Source: Lingula anatina
Lineage: Eukaryota > Animalia > Brachiopoda
Length of the DNA stretch: 64,000 nt
Assembly: GCA_051362555.1 (NCBI GenBank)
Contig: CM120645.1
Location: forward strand, 8,246,001-8,310,000
Reading direction: 5' to 3'
Part shown: positions 61,766-64,000 of the stretch, piece after piece
How the letters are laid out: each line of letters starts with the position of its first letter
How positions within the stretch are numbered: position 1 is the first letter of the stretch
The notes under the pieces: generated by a model
Seen by the model: the letters and a program-made list of their open reading frames with translations, nothing else
Told to the model about the DNA's origin: nothing
Databases searched by the model: none
Position numbers and translations under genes: made by a program

Positions 61766-63459
61766 ATACAGACTTGACATTTAATATGGAATATTTTTTC
61801 CAAAACATAATTCATCAATTTTTTTCCTATTTTGCTAACTGATAGATGAAAATAAGGATTAAAATCGTGCTTTAATAACTTTTGATAATCTCTTCGATGT
61901 CATTGTGATATCAGTTCATTGATTGTATTCGTCAGTGAAGCAAACAAAAATACATTGCCTATTTTAAGTCATACGACAACCATTGAAAGCAATATTTTGG
62001 ATCTCCATATTTTCCTAATTATTATCTTTAAAAGAGTTACACGCCCCACAAAGGCCCCCCATGTCAGTGTCTATAGTCACAGCAACAGTCGCTGTTACGC
62101 TTGACCTCATCTTGCTGCTACCAGAGCTTTCAAGCCGCAAGGCATTTCTTATGATAGGCTTTTTAGAGTTTAATCTGGAATAAAAATCCAGAATACGGTT
62201 AAAACTTGTCCAATTTGGCTCCGTTTTGATGTAGGACATGCAGGCCGTTAATTCGGCGAGTAATGACCTACCCACACATTGTCTGTGTGGTTCAAATATG
62301 GCGATTTTGATGACCAAGGTTCTGACCAATACTCATTACCTTGGTTCTGTAAGTTATCTGCTATTAAAAGTGCTCTGTGTGAACCGGCAACCTTACCCTG
62401 CAACCTAAAATTGTTCCTAAGGTGCCCCCTATCAAATAATAGTCAAGTGGTTCCCAGATTATTCCTTTATTTGATCTGGTTCAGGTTTTCATCGATGACT
62501 ACCATTGGTGTTTTGGCACCAATGTGGTATCCACTCTAAATACTGACACTGTCAATGACCCTAGTCATTTAAGAAGTGGCACACGGTTCGTCGTAGGCCT
62601 CTTCAGGATGTCTGTAGGCCTCTTCAGGATGTCTGTAAACTTTGACCAGTTTAGCGGTAAAGGTTAAATCTGACCTCAATAAAGAAAGCCACGCGGTTTC
62701 ATTGTTTTACCCAAAAACTGTCATGGCCCCCAATTGATAAGAGAAACAGACTAGGCTGCTTTGCTGTTTACAGTAGCTTCCTCAGAGGTCGTCTGGAATC
62801 CTAACCTGCTGATATCAGTTTGGTGTTCGCTAAGAGCCTTGAAAAACAAGTTTTGGTGACAATTTGTCCCTCATTCAGAACGGACTGGGTGGTTTTGGTT
62901 TAACTGCAGCAGTGTACCCTGAAGGACAGTGAGTCCTATACCTTGGTGGTAAGACGTCGATGCATTGGGCTTGGTCTCTGTGTAGTGCCTCAAACTGGGC
63001 ATAACTCTATAAAACTGTGTAGACCGTTCCGTTTGACACAATAATCTGTCTGGCAATGTCTGTGTTTTTCGCGCCATTCTGGCACAGCTTAACAGTTATG
63101 TAAAACGCTGCTTAACTCATTTTACGCACTGCAAAACCGCTGACCGCTTGCATGCAAAATTTCAAATTCTTCTATGCAGTATTTGCCGACATATGGATAC
63201 TTTTTTGACAGAACCATGCTTCGCCAAAGCCAAGCTTTGACTAGCCCAAAGGAGCACTGCCCAATTAAATTACTGCATATTACACAAGGCAGCAGTGCAA
63301 CAGACTTGGTAAGCAGTTAATTGGCAGCGACACACCTGACTTCACACTTCTCCAGTCAGATGTCTTATATGAAATCTGAATTTTTTGAAAAAAGAACGCA
63401 TTTTTACCTAGGTATACCTTTAAAACTGAAATATTCCATATTAAATGTCAAGTCTGTAT
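61766..63459 (-). pseudogene. Decayed Tc1/mariner element with transposase remnant (about 63100-62270)
   Basis: Across frameshifts: QNGAKNTDIARQI.VSNGTVYTVL (HTH), SRRPLRK, KVYRHPEEAY, PWSSKSPYLNHTDNVW (Tc1 WPSxSPDLNPIENxW). Perfect 31-bp inverted repeat at 61766-61796 / 63429-63459. Confidence 0.72.
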
Positions 63460-64000
63460 ATTTAACCATCAAACATGCCCTACTGCTAAACACATCCAGG
63501 CTAAAAGGGTATACCATGCTTAGGTGCAAAACATAATTAGGAGCTAAATGCGTTGAAAAAATCAGACAAAGCAGACACTTGGATGATTTTACAGTGTACG
63601 TTATAATTGTGTACCTGTGTTTTGTACCAAAAATAAAAACATTTCAGGTCATTTTAATGTCTTTTCATGCAAGAATAGTGTCTTACAACTGGGGTTGATA
63701 CAACGTTGTTATCTGACGTTGATCCAACTTTCAAATCCAATGTTAATCCAACGTCTTATCAACGTTATGATTCAACGTTGTTTCAACGTTAAAACAACAT
63801 AATTTGCCCGCTGGGTTGCCATCATCTTTCTATGTATGTTTGTTACATATATGTCGTAGTTCATGTAAACTGAAGTACTGGAGTAGCAAGTGGATTTCGG
63901 ACTTTGTTTCATGGTGATCGGATAACGACACTGAGTTTAATGTTAAAAAGACGAAAGAAACCCAACAGAAATCAACCATCTTATGATAAATGATTCCGAG

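Larger units (their letters stand above)
60318..63815. mobile_element. Candidate TIR element with CCCAGC termini and AACGTT subterminal arrays, hosting nested insertions
   Basis: cccagcaggca at 60318, tgcccgctggg ending at 63815; dense (c)aacgttg repeats at 60335-60490 and 63695-63792; no clean TSD. Confidence 0.55.

Noticed and set aside
1-64000. tRNA or rRNA genes
   Set aside because: None recognised by eye; tRNAscan-SE/Infernal were not run, so small RNA genes could be missed.

Overview
Animal genomic DNA with GT-AG spliced genes, microsatellites and many MITEs. It is probably an invertebrate, possibly a mollusc (inference only). 0.8-30.6 kb: a 20-exon CTTNBP2 orthologue on + (coiled coil, Pro-rich region, ankyrin repeats, AAA+-like domain). 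33,915-42,917: a complete 9.0-kb Mutator-type DNA transposon with 176-bp TIRs and a 9-bp TSD (CCCCGTGAC), nested in a 260-bp MITE. It has two convergent intronless genes. One is an SGNH hydrolase with intact catalytic blocks (+). The other is a PHD / vertnin-like OTU protease / tandem SIM / MULE DDE transposase fusion (-) with one frameshift near its 3' end. Both genes lie behind a homologous repeated CCTTTGAT promoter module, and between them lie a long inverted repeat and a 62-bp stem-loop/AATAAA minisatellite. This element is the best candidate for an undescribed system. 46.3-54.2 kb: an 8-exon SLC43A-family transporter. A tandem paralogue starts at 59.2 kb; its first intron holds a Penelope fragment with an inverted 5' piece and a minimal hammerhead-like motif, plus a decayed Tc1 element. 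All coordinates and alignments were read by eye; no database searches were run.
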